A stretch of DNA of 36,052 bases from a virus (IMGVR_UViG_3300031950_000004:1-36052), one strand, 5' to 3'; numbered from the stretch's first letter, positions 27,338-35,976 are shown. Translations and numbers: made by a program. The notes: generated from the sequence alone by a model not told the origin.

Positions 27338-29114
27338 AACGACTGGATTGGATTGGTGGAGGGAGAAAATCGTAGGCATAGGCATAAGGTTGGAGCCAGA
27401 GGGTAGGGAAGAGTTTTTTCCCTACCCTGACCCTGGGTGGCTTAGGGAATACTTGCTGGAGTACAGAGATCGAGTATGGATCGGACACAACATTAAGTTC
27501 GACTTACTCTTTATCCATTATCCTCCAGAGGTTGTTTACTCTTTGCAAATAAGAGATACCATGGACATGGTGCACTTGTACGATTCGAGGCTTTCTAAAT
27601 CTTTGGTAGAAGTGGAGAAAGAGTTCCTCGGATCGGAAACCAAATTCTGGCACTTGCATCAGGAAAATAAGCGGAAAATAAAATCTTGGGACTTGGATAG
27701 AGTAAAAGAATACTGTTTGAATGATGTGCTGATAACTTGGAACGTGTTCAGAAAATTAGAACCAGAATTGGAAAAACTGAAAGTTTCCCATATTTTCCGC
27801 AAAAATATGGAATTGCTCAAGGTGTTATATGAAATCGAATACTTTGGATTCCTTTTCGACAAAGAGGAAGCAGATCGCAGTATCAAAATTTTGGAAGAGA
27901 ATCTAAAATTGCAGGAAGAGCAATTTTTCCAAAAAGTCGGTGTAAGGTTCAACTGGCGTAGCCATAAGCAGTTGAGTTATTACGCTTATGATTACCTTAA
28001 TTTTCCCAGACCTGAGAACCCTTTTTTGGATCCGATTACAGGGGAAGACTTGGGTCGCAATCCAGAATCGCGCAAATATAACAGCACTATGGTGTCCAGT
28101 TCCATACTGGTCGGCAAAGCAAAACACCCCTGGGCTTTGGACATCCAGTTCTTGCGGGAAACGGACAAGGCAATAGATTTTATCCAGCGTCTTAGCAGTT
28201 TAACCGACGACAAAAACTTTCTGCACTCTTCTTTTAACATTAGTGGAACCCGAACGGGTCGAATAAGTTCTAGTAGACCAAATTTGCAAAACATCATGAG
28301 TGGGATGCGAGGGTTTTTTTTGTCTTCTTCGTTTATGGATGCAGAAGCTGTGGAAGCTATCTTGAACCGCAGCCAAGCTTACAATGTGCGCAGACTTTTT
28401 ATCGCTCGCCCAGGGTACAAAATTGTGAGCATCGATTACAAACAGATGGAAATGCGCATGTTTGGAATTGTTTCCAAAGATCCCCATATGCTGGAATTTT
28501 TACAGGCAGGCACAGATATCCACAGTCAAATCGCGCAAAGGGTCTGGGGCAAAGCTGACGAAATAACTCGCGACTGGGCTAAGCAGATCGGGTTTGGCTT
28601 GATCTATGGCATGACGATGGGGTCGTTGCGCTTTCGGCTAAACCTTACCCTGGAGGAAGCCAAAAAAATAACTTCTGATTATTGGAACACTTTTCCAACC
28701 ATTCGACCCTGGCTTTTCGGAGTTGTAGAGGAGTGTAAAAAGAAAGGTTATTTGCGATACTGGTCGGGTAGGATTTGGAGAGAGGACAAAGTGGAAAAAA
28801 TGTATCGTGGAGCCAATGCGCTTATCCAGGGAGGATGTGCAGATTTGCTTTCCGTTGCAGTGCTACGGGTGAACAATTACATCAAGCGCAACAATCTGGA
28901 TATTCGAATAGTAAATCTAGTGCACGACGAGATAGTTTTCGAAATGCGAGAAGAGGATTTCGAGCACATACCGAAAATCGCTAATATCATGCAAGTAGAG
29001 GACTTGTTTGGGATACCTTTTATCGTAGATGTGAAAATCGGCAGATCTCACGGAGAATTGGAGTCGTATGGAAAATCTGATACAGGAACTGGAAAACAGA
29101 TTTTTTCACAATAG
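27309..29114 (+). CDS. polA: Family A DNA polymerase with 3'-5' exonuclease
   Basis: ExoI LDLETTG, ExoII GHNIKFD, ExoIII YCLND; TGRISSSRPNLQNI, motif A DYKQMEMR, motif B RDWAKQIGFGLIYG, motif C VHDE. Confidence 0.97.
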   Translation: MNRYLILDLETTGLDWWREKIVGIGIRLEPEGREEFFPYPDPGWLREYLLEYRDRVWIGHNIKFDLLFIHYPPEVVYSLQIRDTMDMVHLYDSRLSKSLVEVEKEFLGSETKFWHLHQENKRKIKSWDLDRVKEYCLNDVLITWNVFRKLEPELEKLKVSHIFRKNMELLKVLYEIEYFGFLFDKEEADRSIKILEENLKLQEEQFFQKVGVRFNWRSHKQLSYYAYDYLNFPRPENPFLDPITGEDLGRNPESRKYNSTMVSSSILVGKAKHPWALDIQFLRETDKAIDFIQRLSSLTDDKNFLHSSFNISGTRTGRISSSRPNLQNIMSGMRGFFLSSSFMDAEAVEAILNRSQAYNVRRLFIARPGYKIVSIDYKQMEMRMFGIVSKDPHMLEFLQAGTDIHSQIAQRVWGKADEITRDWAKQIGFGLIYGMTMGSLRFRLNLTLEEAKKITSDYWNTFPTIRPWLFGVVEECKKKGYLRYWSGRIWREDKVEKMYRGANALIQGGCADLLSVAVLRVNNYIKRNNLDIRIVNLVHDEIVFEMREEDFEHIPKIANIMQVEDLFGIPFIVDVKIGRSHGELESYGKSDTGTGKQIFSQ

Positions 29115-31527
29115 GTTGAACTATGCGGTAGCACAGATCGGAGCCAGTCGTCTGGCGTATTATCCAACCAAACAAGAAATAACCACAGAAGCAATCGAAA
29201 AACATCTCAAAGGTGAGATCGCTATTGCAGTTTTCCCGATTTTCGAAAACACCGTGAAATGGATGGCTTTTGATATCGATTCGAATAACTCTGTGGTAAG
29301 TGCTTTCGATGCGCAGAGACTTTCCGATTTTTTATCTTCTATGTTCATCCCACATATGGTGGAGTTCAGCGGCAGGAAAGGATATCACTTGTGGATACTT
29401 TTGGAAGACAAAATTTCTTCTTCCGTAGCTTTTACGTGGTTGCAGCAAATATTGCTTAACTTTAAACACTCTGCCAGGATCGAAATTTTCCCAAAGCAAC
29501 CATCTATCAGAATATCGGCTATGGGAAATCATCTAAAATTGCCTTTGGGGTTACACCCTGTTACCAAGAATCGATCGTTTTTCGGCAAATTCAATTCCAC
29601 GGGTGAATTCATCCCAGAGGAAAATTTCGAATGGCAAATTTGCTCGATAGAGGATTTGCACAAGCAATTACCGTTGTCTTCTTCTGAACAGTTGGCTACC
29701 ATTTTGTCCCAATACTGGACGGAAGGAAGTCGACACTCCATGGCTTTGGCTCTAGCTGGATTTTTAGCCAAAACGGGCTGGTCGCAAGTGCAAACCATCA
29801 ATCTGATAACGGAAATATGCAAAAAATCTGGCGACACAGAATTGGAAAACAGACTAACCTGTGTTCGGGATACTTATAAGCGTTTTGTGAGAGGGGAGCC
29901 AACACTTGGGTACAGTCAACTTGTGGATTTATTGCCTGTTACAAAGCTAAAAGAGATCCTTGCGTTGGTTTTCGACATGTTACCCCAAGAGCAAATCCGT
30001 CTAATCGATCGAATCCGTCTGGACAGGAAACCTTCTTTCCTTAAAGTTAGAGAAATAACAAAGATTTTGCACACCCATTTACTGGACAACGGCAAAATAT
30101 TCTACGATTCCGCTCGCGATCAGTTATTTTGGTTTTCTCCGCAACAGAGTGTAATTCCTTTGGAATCTCCAGAGTTTTTCTATTATTTGTACAAAGAGTT
30201 TGGAATCTCTGTCGCAGAGGATTTTGGACGGAAAGTTTTTAAAGATGTTACTTTACTTTGCTCCAAAGAAGCAGAATCTAAAAGAGTACATCAAATAAGC
30301 CACTGGGACAGCGCAAAAAAGGTTTTATATGTAAACCCAGAGGGAAACAAAGTTTTTGTTCTAAACGGAGAAACCATTCTGCAGCAAAGCAATGGAGAAG
30401 AAGTTTTCTTTCAAACACGTATGCATTTGGATTTGGACTGGTCGGATTGGAAAGAGATCGACGTATGGTCGGTCTTGTCGGATGACTTGACTTTCCAATC
30501 TTCTGAGCTAGCCAGCGCATCTCCAGAGGAGCAAGTACAGTTGCTCCGTTTATGGATTTTGTCTATTTTCTTTCCTGAGTTGATGCGGACGAAACCTTTG
30601 CTGTTAGTGGTTGGAGATCCAGGATCTGGGAAAACCACTGCTGTGCGCAGAATCATAAAACTTATCGAATCTCCAGAGTTGGATGTTTTGGAATTTGTTT
30701 GGGACAAACCAGATGCACTTAGGACTTCCATAACCCATCACAGAGTTTTGTGCTTGGATAACATGGAAAACACACGGAGCAACTGGTTGCTAAACATATT
30801 AGACGCGATTTCCACAGGATCCTCGATCGAACTCCGAAAACTTTATTTTACCAACGAGATGGTTCGACTGCAGCCTGACTGTTATGTAGCCATAACGGCT
30901 ATTAGCTCACCGTTTTCCGAGGAGTCGTTTTTCGACAGAGTTTTGCCTATCGATCTGCGCAGAATCAAAAACCCTTTGCCAGAATGGGAAATCCAAGAAT
31001 ATCTACAGAATAACTGGAAGTATTTGTGGTGTGATATGCTGCAAAAGCTGAACAAGGTCGTTCGAGAAATTCAAACCCATCCGTCCAAAGAAATTATCCG
31101 CTTGCGGATGGCGGATTTTGCGTCTCTTGCTAGTAGGGTAAAGACAATTCCTCCCCATATTTTGGACTATGAGGTCTTGCAGAGTGGTTTAAATAACCTG
31201 TCCAACAGACAAGTGCAAAAAATGGCGGAAGAAAGTCCATTTGTTACGATCCTGCTGGAGTGGTTGGAACGATATCCAAAGGAATCCAGAGAGTTTAAGA
31301 CTCTGCGAGAACTATCTGACGATCTTATTCCAATCGCAAAATTCCGAGGATTAAAATGGAAATGGTCTAGCACGGTAAGTTTAGCCAACCATTTGCGTGC
31401 GATTGAATTGGAATTAGACAAATTAATCGGTGTGGAGATTAAGATGGATAGGGTAAATGGCAGAAAGGTGGAAAAATACAGGTTTGGGTATAAGCTATAC
31501 GGAAAAAATATTGGAGAAGAACATTAA
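29068..31527 (+). CDS. AEP primase-polymerase fused to PriCT-like and P-loop helicase domains
   Basis: FDID, SGRKGYH, NHLKLPLG (AEP); WTEGSRH (PriCT-like); GDPGSGKTT and LCLDN (ATPase). Confidence 0.9.
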   Translation: MENLIQELENRFFHNRLNYAVAQIGASRLAYYPTKQEITTEAIEKHLKGEIAIAVFPIFENTVKWMAFDIDSNNSVVSAFDAQRLSDFLSSMFIPHMVEFSGRKGYHLWILLEDKISSSVAFTWLQQILLNFKHSARIEIFPKQPSIRISAMGNHLKLPLGLHPVTKNRSFFGKFNSTGEFIPEENFEWQICSIEDLHKQLPLSSSEQLATILSQYWTEGSRHSMALALAGFLAKTGWSQVQTINLITEICKKSGDTELENRLTCVRDTYKRFVRGEPTLGYSQLVDLLPVTKLKEILALVFDMLPQEQIRLIDRIRLDRKPSFLKVREITKILHTHLLDNGKIFYDSARDQLFWFSPQQSVIPLESPEFFYYLYKEFGISVAEDFGRKVFKDVTLLCSKEAESKRVHQISHWDSAKKVLYVNPEGNKVFVLNGETILQQSNGEEVFFQTRMHLDLDWSDWKEIDVWSVLSDDLTFQSSELASASPEEQVQLLRLWILSIFFPELMRTKPLLLVVGDPGSGKTTAVRRIIKLIESPELDVLEFVWDKPDALRTSITHHRVLCLDNMENTRSNWLLNILDAISTGSSIELRKLYFTNEMVRLQPDCYVAITAISSPFSEESFFDRVLPIDLRRIKNPLPEWEIQEYLQNNWKYLWCDMLQKLNKVVREIQTHPSKEIIRLRMADFASLASRVKTIPPHILDYEVLQSGLNNLSNRQVQKMAEESPFVTILLEWLERYPKESREFKTLRELSDDLIPIAKFRGLKWKWSSTVSLANHLRAIELELDKLIGVEIKMDRVNGRKVEKYRFGYKLYGKNIGEEH

Positions 31528-31598
31528 TCGAACACTAATCAAATTTTAATCTTATTTTAAGATATTTTTGGAGAAAATCCGCTATAATACAAACATAA
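31521..31598 (+). promoter_or_regulatory. Early promoter cassette, copy 3 (inverted relative to copies 1 and 2)
   Basis: Hexamers TTAATC 31524, CTAATC 31535, TTAATC 31546, TTAAGA 31557; TATAAT 31583-31588; overlaps the primase stop codon. Confidence 0.85.
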
Positions 31599-31619
31599 AT
31601 TCACAAGAAAGGAGTCCCA

Positions 31620-32066
31620 ATGAATATGAACCAAGTAACTTTATGGCGATTAACCAACACGATCAAATCTCTTTCCGATTCTACCTTTATACGGGTAAGA
31701 GTCCCATTCGGACCCGTGGTCGAGGTGAACGGTCGCAACGGAAATCGTCCTGTCTGGAGGGTAGGGAGCATGTCCATACCCGATAAATTAGACACATTTT
31801 TCCTTGCGGATAACGGAAGGTACTCATTGATTTTCAGCCCGTATTATTATTTGAATTTGGATCCATCGGAAGGACAAATCGACACAGGTTTGGAACTTGT
31901 GGAGGGGATTTTGCCTGCAAGCACAGTTGTGCCGATTTTCCGCAAGGTAAGGGAAGCTTTTTTACTTTTTAGCGACCAGACTTTGTTAGACAAGTTTCTA
32001 CCCACGGAGACTGTCCGCATTTATACAATAAGACCTTATAAATCTATATTACCAGATTTTCTGTAG
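31620..32066 (+). CDS. Hypothetical early protein
   Basis: 148 aa, SD GAAAGGAG, first gene after promoter copy 3; start may be 31626. Confidence 0.8.
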   Translation: MNMNQVTLWRLTNTIKSLSDSTFIRVRVPFGPVVEVNGRNGNRPVWRVGSMSIPDKLDTFFLADNGRYSLIFSPYYYLNLDPSEGQIDTGLELVEGILPASTVVPIFRKVREAFLLFSDQTLLDKFLPTETVRIYTIRPYKSILPDFL

Positions 32067-32077
32067 GAGGCATACCT

Positions 32078-32254
32078 ATGAACCCGAAAAAAGTAATTGT
32101 AACAGCAGGATCAGAATACGGAATCCTGTGCCTTACCCGTATGGACGGGGATGGCAATCTGGCAGGGAACTCTTTGATGTTGTGGTTGCCATCGTTGCCA
32201 ATACGATGTCCGCATCGAATTTGTGGAGTGATTGTCTATTGGAAAGGAGTCTAA
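32078..32254 (+). CDS. Small hypothetical protein (58 aa, absent from ORF track)
   Basis: MNPKKVIVTAGSEYG...YWKGV; SD AGGAGG 7 nt upstream; fills the gap exactly and contains the SD of the next gene. Confidence 0.6.
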   Translation: MNPKKVIVTAGSEYGILCLTRMDGDGNLAGNSLMLWLPSLPIRCPHRICGVIVYWKGV

Positions 32255-32255
32255 A

Positions 32256-32669
32256 ATGGAAACCATATTATTCTCGATTGAGAAAACTCGTTCAGGTCGA
32301 CCAGCGATCTGGGTTGGAGGGGGAGCAACAAGCAACCGTTTCGCAGCCCAATTCGTTCTGCGGGACAAGAAACTTGCTCCTGCGTGCTTCATCAAAACCA
32401 GTGGGCACCGTTGCAATAGCAACCAAGCCCTCGTCCCCATTCGAGAGGGGGACGTAATCGTAGGGATTCAAGGGACTCGCCCAGCGAGTCTTGAGAACCC
32501 TTGCATTGGAGTTCACGGCTGGAAGGTCGTCGAGTTCCAAACCAATGACAATGAACTTCTAGCAGTTTGCCATAAGGTAGATATTAGCAAAGATGACGTC
32601 CCTCCATCAGTGTGGCATGGCTGTGGAGTTTATCACAACAGGGATGGGAGGTATTTTATTGCTGAATAA
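32256..32669 (+). CDS. Hypothetical early protein
   Basis: Start moved to ATG 32256 (METILF) after SD GAAAGGAG; 137 aa. Confidence 0.8.
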   Translation: METILFSIEKTRSGRPAIWVGGGATSNRFAAQFVLRDKKLAPACFIKTSGHRCNSNQALVPIREGDVIVGIQGTRPASLENPCIGVHGWKVVEFQTNDNELLAVCHKVDISKDDVPPSVWHGCGVYHNRDGRYFIAE

Positions 32670-32712
32670 GTAAATTACCTCCCACTCCCATTGCCGTTCT
32701 ATGGCACAGGGT

Positions 32713-32751
32713 CCGGGACTATCTCTGAAGATAGTCTCGGCATTTTTGTTT
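32713..32751 (+). terminator. Putative intrinsic terminator inside the early cluster
   Basis: 12-bp stem with one G-U pair (ccgggactatct/agatagtctcgg), 4-nt loop, followed by catttttgttt. Confidence 0.65.
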
Positions 32752-32804
32752 ATTGGCAATTCATGCCCACCCGTTGACCAAGGACGAGAAAGGAGAATGA
32801 AAAA

Positions 32805-33227
32805 ATGTTTTACAAGGATCAAGACAAAATCTACGAAATAGCTTTTATTCGGGACATATATCCAGAGGAAGCAGCTTTGCCATATTATGTCTGTCCTTCT
32901 GGCAGTCCTATTCCTGATGGTTACGTTACCCTTAAGAAAATTCGGCGATATAGCAACGACGGGTTTGTATATCTCTACCCAGTGGGGGACAATGAGGATG
33001 GGGACTTCCTCGTTTGCATGAATGAGGACGATGGGGAACAGGAAAACTTTGAGGCATGGCTTGAACGATATGAACGTGCCCTAAACGGAGCACTCTACGA
33101 ATACACAATTAAGCAGTATTCTCCGCATGGAGGGATTTGGGTACTGGATGAGGAAACCAAATCCATTGACAGTCCACCTGGATGTCCTGTGGAAGTACAC
33201 AAAATTGAGGTTTTGATTGAAAAATGA
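32805..33227 (+). CDS. Acidic hypothetical early protein
   Basis: 140 aa, SD GAAAGGAG. Confidence 0.8.
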   Translation: MFYKDQDKIYEIAFIRDIYPEEAALPYYVCPSGSPIPDGYVTLKKIRRYSNDGFVYLYPVGDNEDGDFLVCMNEDDGEQENFEAWLERYERALNGALYEYTIKQYSPHGGIWVLDEETKSIDSPPGCPVEVHKIEVLIEK

Positions 33228-33230
33228 ACG

Positions 33231-33264
33231 AAAAGAGGGAGTCTCTACCCAAAGAGACTCCCTC
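33231..33264. terminator. Intergenic 12-bp hairpin (minus-strand terminator or mRNA processing/stability element)
   Basis: gagggagtctct/agagactccctc perfect stem, 6-nt loop, A4 on the left side. Confidence 0.55.
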
Positions 33265-33277
33265 GGAGGAGAACCAA

Positions 33278-33529
33278 ATGGAAATAAACGTAATCGGACT
33301 GAGATCATTTTGCAACAAAACTTACTCGAATCAGGAATTTGTCAATAAAGTTTTTGTCGAATGTGACTTCTTGGGTTGTACGTTTTCCAAATGTACTTTT
33401 ATGGAAGTCTATTTCATCCAGTGTCGTTTCGATAGTTGCAGTTTTTACGACAATGACGGATTCTTTTACACCTGGCAAACACAATTCGAAAACTGCAGTG
33501 GAGATCTAGGAAAAATCCGCAGTCTATAG
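33278..33529 (+). CDS. Short pentapeptide-repeat-like protein
   Basis: FVNKV-FVECD-FLGCT-FSKCT-FMEVY-FIQCR-FDSCS-FYDND five-residue periodicity; start moved to ATG 33278 after SD GGAGGAG. Confidence 0.7.
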   Translation: MEINVIGLRSFCNKTYSNQEFVNKVFVECDFLGCTFSKCTFMEVYFIQCRFDSCSFYDNDGFFYTWQTQFENCSGDLGKIRSL

Positions 33530-33538
33530 GAGGAACCC

Positions 33539-33745
33539 ATGCGACAGTCTAAAGAATTCCAACTCAGAAAGAAAGCCATCCAAAAAAGGTGGCGTGAACT
33601 TTGCAAAATGTCTCCGCAAAAACTTCGGGAGACGTCTAATCGATATTTCAAATTTTCAGACCCAAACGTCTCCCTCGGTTTAATTCGGGAGATGATTATG
33701 GAAGCAGAATTCGGTCCTGATTACTGGAGTTTCATAGATTATTAG
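33539..33745 (+). CDS. Small hypothetical protein
   Basis: 68 aa, SD AGGAGG. Confidence 0.72.
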   Translation: MRQSKEFQLRKKAIQKRWRELCKMSPQKLRETSNRYFKFSDPNVSLGLIREMIMEAEFGPDYWSFIDY

Positions 33746-33759
33746 GAAAGGAGTCCAAT

Positions 33760-34680
33760 ATGAGTCACGAGATTTTCGGAGAAAGGTTCTGGGGGCATCG
33801 CAAGTCTGCCTGGCATAACTTAGGAGAAGTTTTCCAGGAATCGTTAACCGCTACACAAGTCCTGGAGCGTGTTCAATTGACCAAACCCATCTCTTTTGAG
33901 AAATGGGACGGGTTTTTCATATCTCCGGATCAGCAAAATTTTTTAGCGCAGAATAAATCAGTTATTGTCCGTCGCTCTCCTGATGGGGATGAAGTCCTCG
34001 GACTGGTCAGCAAAGAGTTCCAAATTTTAAGTCCGGAGTACATCGGACACATTTGGGACTCTGTTCTAGGGTGGGAGGTAGAAACCTTATTCTTCACTCG
34101 CAACCGAATGGTAATAACCAGTCGGTTGCCACGGGTGGAATTGCATCCAAATGATTCGAGTGAATGGAACTTACACGCTATTCTGGATTTCCCTTATCAA
34201 CCTGGAATTCCAATTCAAGCACGGATCGCTCCAGTGAGGGTGGTTTGCATGAATACTTTAGCTTCTTCTAGGCTGGAAGCGACCCTAAACGTGTCTGCCA
34301 GACACAATTCCAAAGAAATTCGAAAAATTGAAGTATGGCTAGACTCCTGGGCAAGAAGTTATCACAATACCGTAAGAGAACTGGAAGCAATTCTGAATCT
34401 GTTCGCAAAAACTCCGATAAAATGGGAGGAAATTTCAGAGAAGTTTTTCGCGGAAGTTTTCAAGCAAAACTTCGAAAAACGATTAGAAAATTTCAACCGC
34501 ATGCAAGTTTATGGAACATCCGTGGAAACAGGATCCATGCTCGGTTGGCTAAACGCTATAACGGAATACGCCGATTGGGCTAATCGACACAAGGAAACTG
34601 AACTAACTACCTTGTTTGGACACAGATACAATTTAAAACAAAAAGCATTCGAATTTGCTACCAATGTAGCAATTGGATAA
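33760..34680 (+). CDS. DUF932 (TIGR03299-like) phage/plasmid protein
   Basis: AWHNLG near the N-terminus, PVRVVCMNTL, NAITEYADW; SD GAAAGGAG. Confidence 0.85.
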   Translation: MSHEIFGERFWGHRKSAWHNLGEVFQESLTATQVLERVQLTKPISFEKWDGFFISPDQQNFLAQNKSVIVRRSPDGDEVLGLVSKEFQILSPEYIGHIWDSVLGWEVETLFFTRNRMVITSRLPRVELHPNDSSEWNLHAILDFPYQPGIPIQARIAPVRVVCMNTLASSRLEATLNVSARHNSKEIRKIEVWLDSWARSYHNTVRELEAILNLFAKTPIKWEEISEKFFAEVFKQNFEKRLENFNRMQVYGTSVETGSMLGWLNAITEYADWANRHKETELTTLFGHRYNLKQKAFEFATNVAIG

Positions 34681-34696
34681 TGTTTGCCCAAAACCC

Positions 34697-34735
34697 AAAC
34701 CAAACAGAGTCCTTAATCAGGACTCTGTTTGGTTT
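34697..34735. terminator. 17-bp perfect hairpin between the convergent early and lysis transcripts
   Basis: aaaccaaacagagtcct-taatc-aggactctgtttggttt; overlaps the endolysin stop codon. Confidence 0.8.
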
Positions 34736-35355
34736 AAAAAATCTGCTTTAGCGTACAAAGCGATTTTGCACCAGCCATTCTCCGTGGAAATAACTTCCAC
34801 TTTAGCTTGTTCAGATAAGCTTCCAACAACAGGAGCAGACAGAGATGGATTCAATCTCACGTTTAGAGCAGGAACGCTTACTACAGCATGCCCTGCATAA
34901 CCATCTTTAAGTCCTTTTGAAGAAGCGGAAATCGCTTCGAAAAACGGAGAAGGATCTATTTCTCCCTTGTTGTAAGATCCAGGGGCTCCAGGTACACGCA
35001 ATTCAAAATGCAAATGGGGTCCCGTGGAAAATCCCGTGTTACCAGACAAGCCAATCTGTTGGGATTGGGAAACTTTTTGTTGTACAGAGACCTGAATTTT
35101 GCTGAGATGCGCGTACAGAGTCCAAAACCCATCGTGACGGAGCAGAATAAAATAACCATACCCTTTCTCGTCGTATCCAGTTTTCTCCACATTACCCTCT
35201 GCGGAAGCTAAAACTGGAGTCCCTACAGGTAAGCCGAAATCTAAGCCATTGTGCCCAGGTTTTCCGAATCGAGAGTAAATTTGCGGATTGGCTCCGAACA
35301 GTTGTGTAACGGGAAACTTACCTGTGAATGGGAGACGTAATTTAATGGATTCCAT
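34717..35355 (-). CDS. Endolysin: M23 metallopeptidase plus C-terminal SH3b domain
   Basis: HNGLDF, YAHLS, STGPHLHFE (M23); LNVRLNPSLSAPVVG...NGWCKI (SH3b). Confidence 0.93.
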   Translation of the reverse strand: MESIKLRLPFTGKFPVTQLFGANPQIYSRFGKPGHNGLDFGLPVGTPVLASAEGNVEKTGYDEKGYGYFILLRHDGFWTLYAHLSKIQVSVQQKVSQSQQIGLSGNTGFSTGPHLHFELRVPGAPGSYNKGEIDPSPFFEAISASSKGLKDGYAGHAVVSVPALNVRLNPSLSAPVVGSLSEQAKVEVISTENGWCKIALYAKADFLNQTES

Positions 35356-35686
35356 GACTTAAAATTCCTAAAATTTGGGTAATTAGCCAAATCAGAACTG
35401 TGCTGCCAAGAATTCCCCCAAGCCAAGTTAACATCTTGTTAGACTGTTCCAATTTGGATACGATTTCTAATTTCCTTTCATGCTCTTCCAGACGTCTCCA
35501 TGCAGCGTCGATTTTCGCTTCCAGAAGAGGATGAGACCCTGCCTGGTTGGTTTCTATGAGTCTCATTCTGTCCTCGAGTGTGTAAATTTTTTCTTTTATT
35601 TCCTGGATGTCTTGAGCGATTTTCTCGATCTGCATGGAGACTACAGCAATTTGCTTTTGCAATGTGATGTATTCAGGCTCGGTCAT
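35342..35686 (-). CDS. Coiled-coil protein with C-terminal transmembrane helix (lysis-cassette membrane protein)
   Basis: Heptad-like N-terminal region; hydrophobic WLGGILGSTVLIWLI; lies between holin and endolysin. Confidence 0.7.
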   Translation of the reverse strand: MTEPEYITLQKQIAVVSMQIEKIAQDIQEIKEKIYTLEDRMRLIETNQAGSHPLLEAKIDAAWRRLEEHERKLEIVSKLEQSNKMLTWLGGILGSTVLIWLITQILGILSHGIH

Positions 35687-35976
35687 CGCTTGATTAATTT
35701 ATGAGTGGTTTGGTTAGAAATCGCAACCATAATGACTATGCGCAAAAGGTTTATTATCCCAGATGCATCACAGGATACTTCCAAATTTGAAATGGATACG
35801 GAAAAATGGCAATATGCAAAATAAATTGCAACTGCCACTAGAGTGATCATACCTAGCATTAGCCACCTTTTCTGCTCTGGTAAAAGACGTTCATGCCAGA
35901 GTTTAAACCCTGGAAAGTACTCTATTAGCAAGGATAGGATAGCACCTGCGATTAAAGATAAAGTTTCTTCGCCCAT
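35683..35976 (-). CDS. Putative holin
   Basis: 97 aa with 2-3 hydrophobic segments and basic C-terminus; SD GGAGGT; in the lysis cassette. Confidence 0.75.
   Translation of the reverse strand: MGEETLSLIAGAILSLLIEYFPGFKLWHERLLPEQKRWLMLGMITLVAVAIYFAYCHFSVSISNLEVSCDASGIINLLRIVIMVAISNQTTHKLIKR

Noticed and set aside
26226-29114. Z-genome (2-aminoadenine) or 7-deazaguanine pathway
   Set aside because: No PurZ/adenylosuccinate synthetase-like, HD-domain dATPase, DpdA or Que/FolE genes recognised.
27309-31527. Inteins or introns in polymerase or primase
   Set aside because: Sizes and motif spacing are near normal; only short insertions, with no intein end motifs or homing endonuclease signature seen.
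32128-32457. 109-aa alternative-frame ORF, possibly reached by frameshift from 32078
   Set aside because: No SD, no proper X-XXY-YYZ site in frame, and it overlaps two SD-supported genes.
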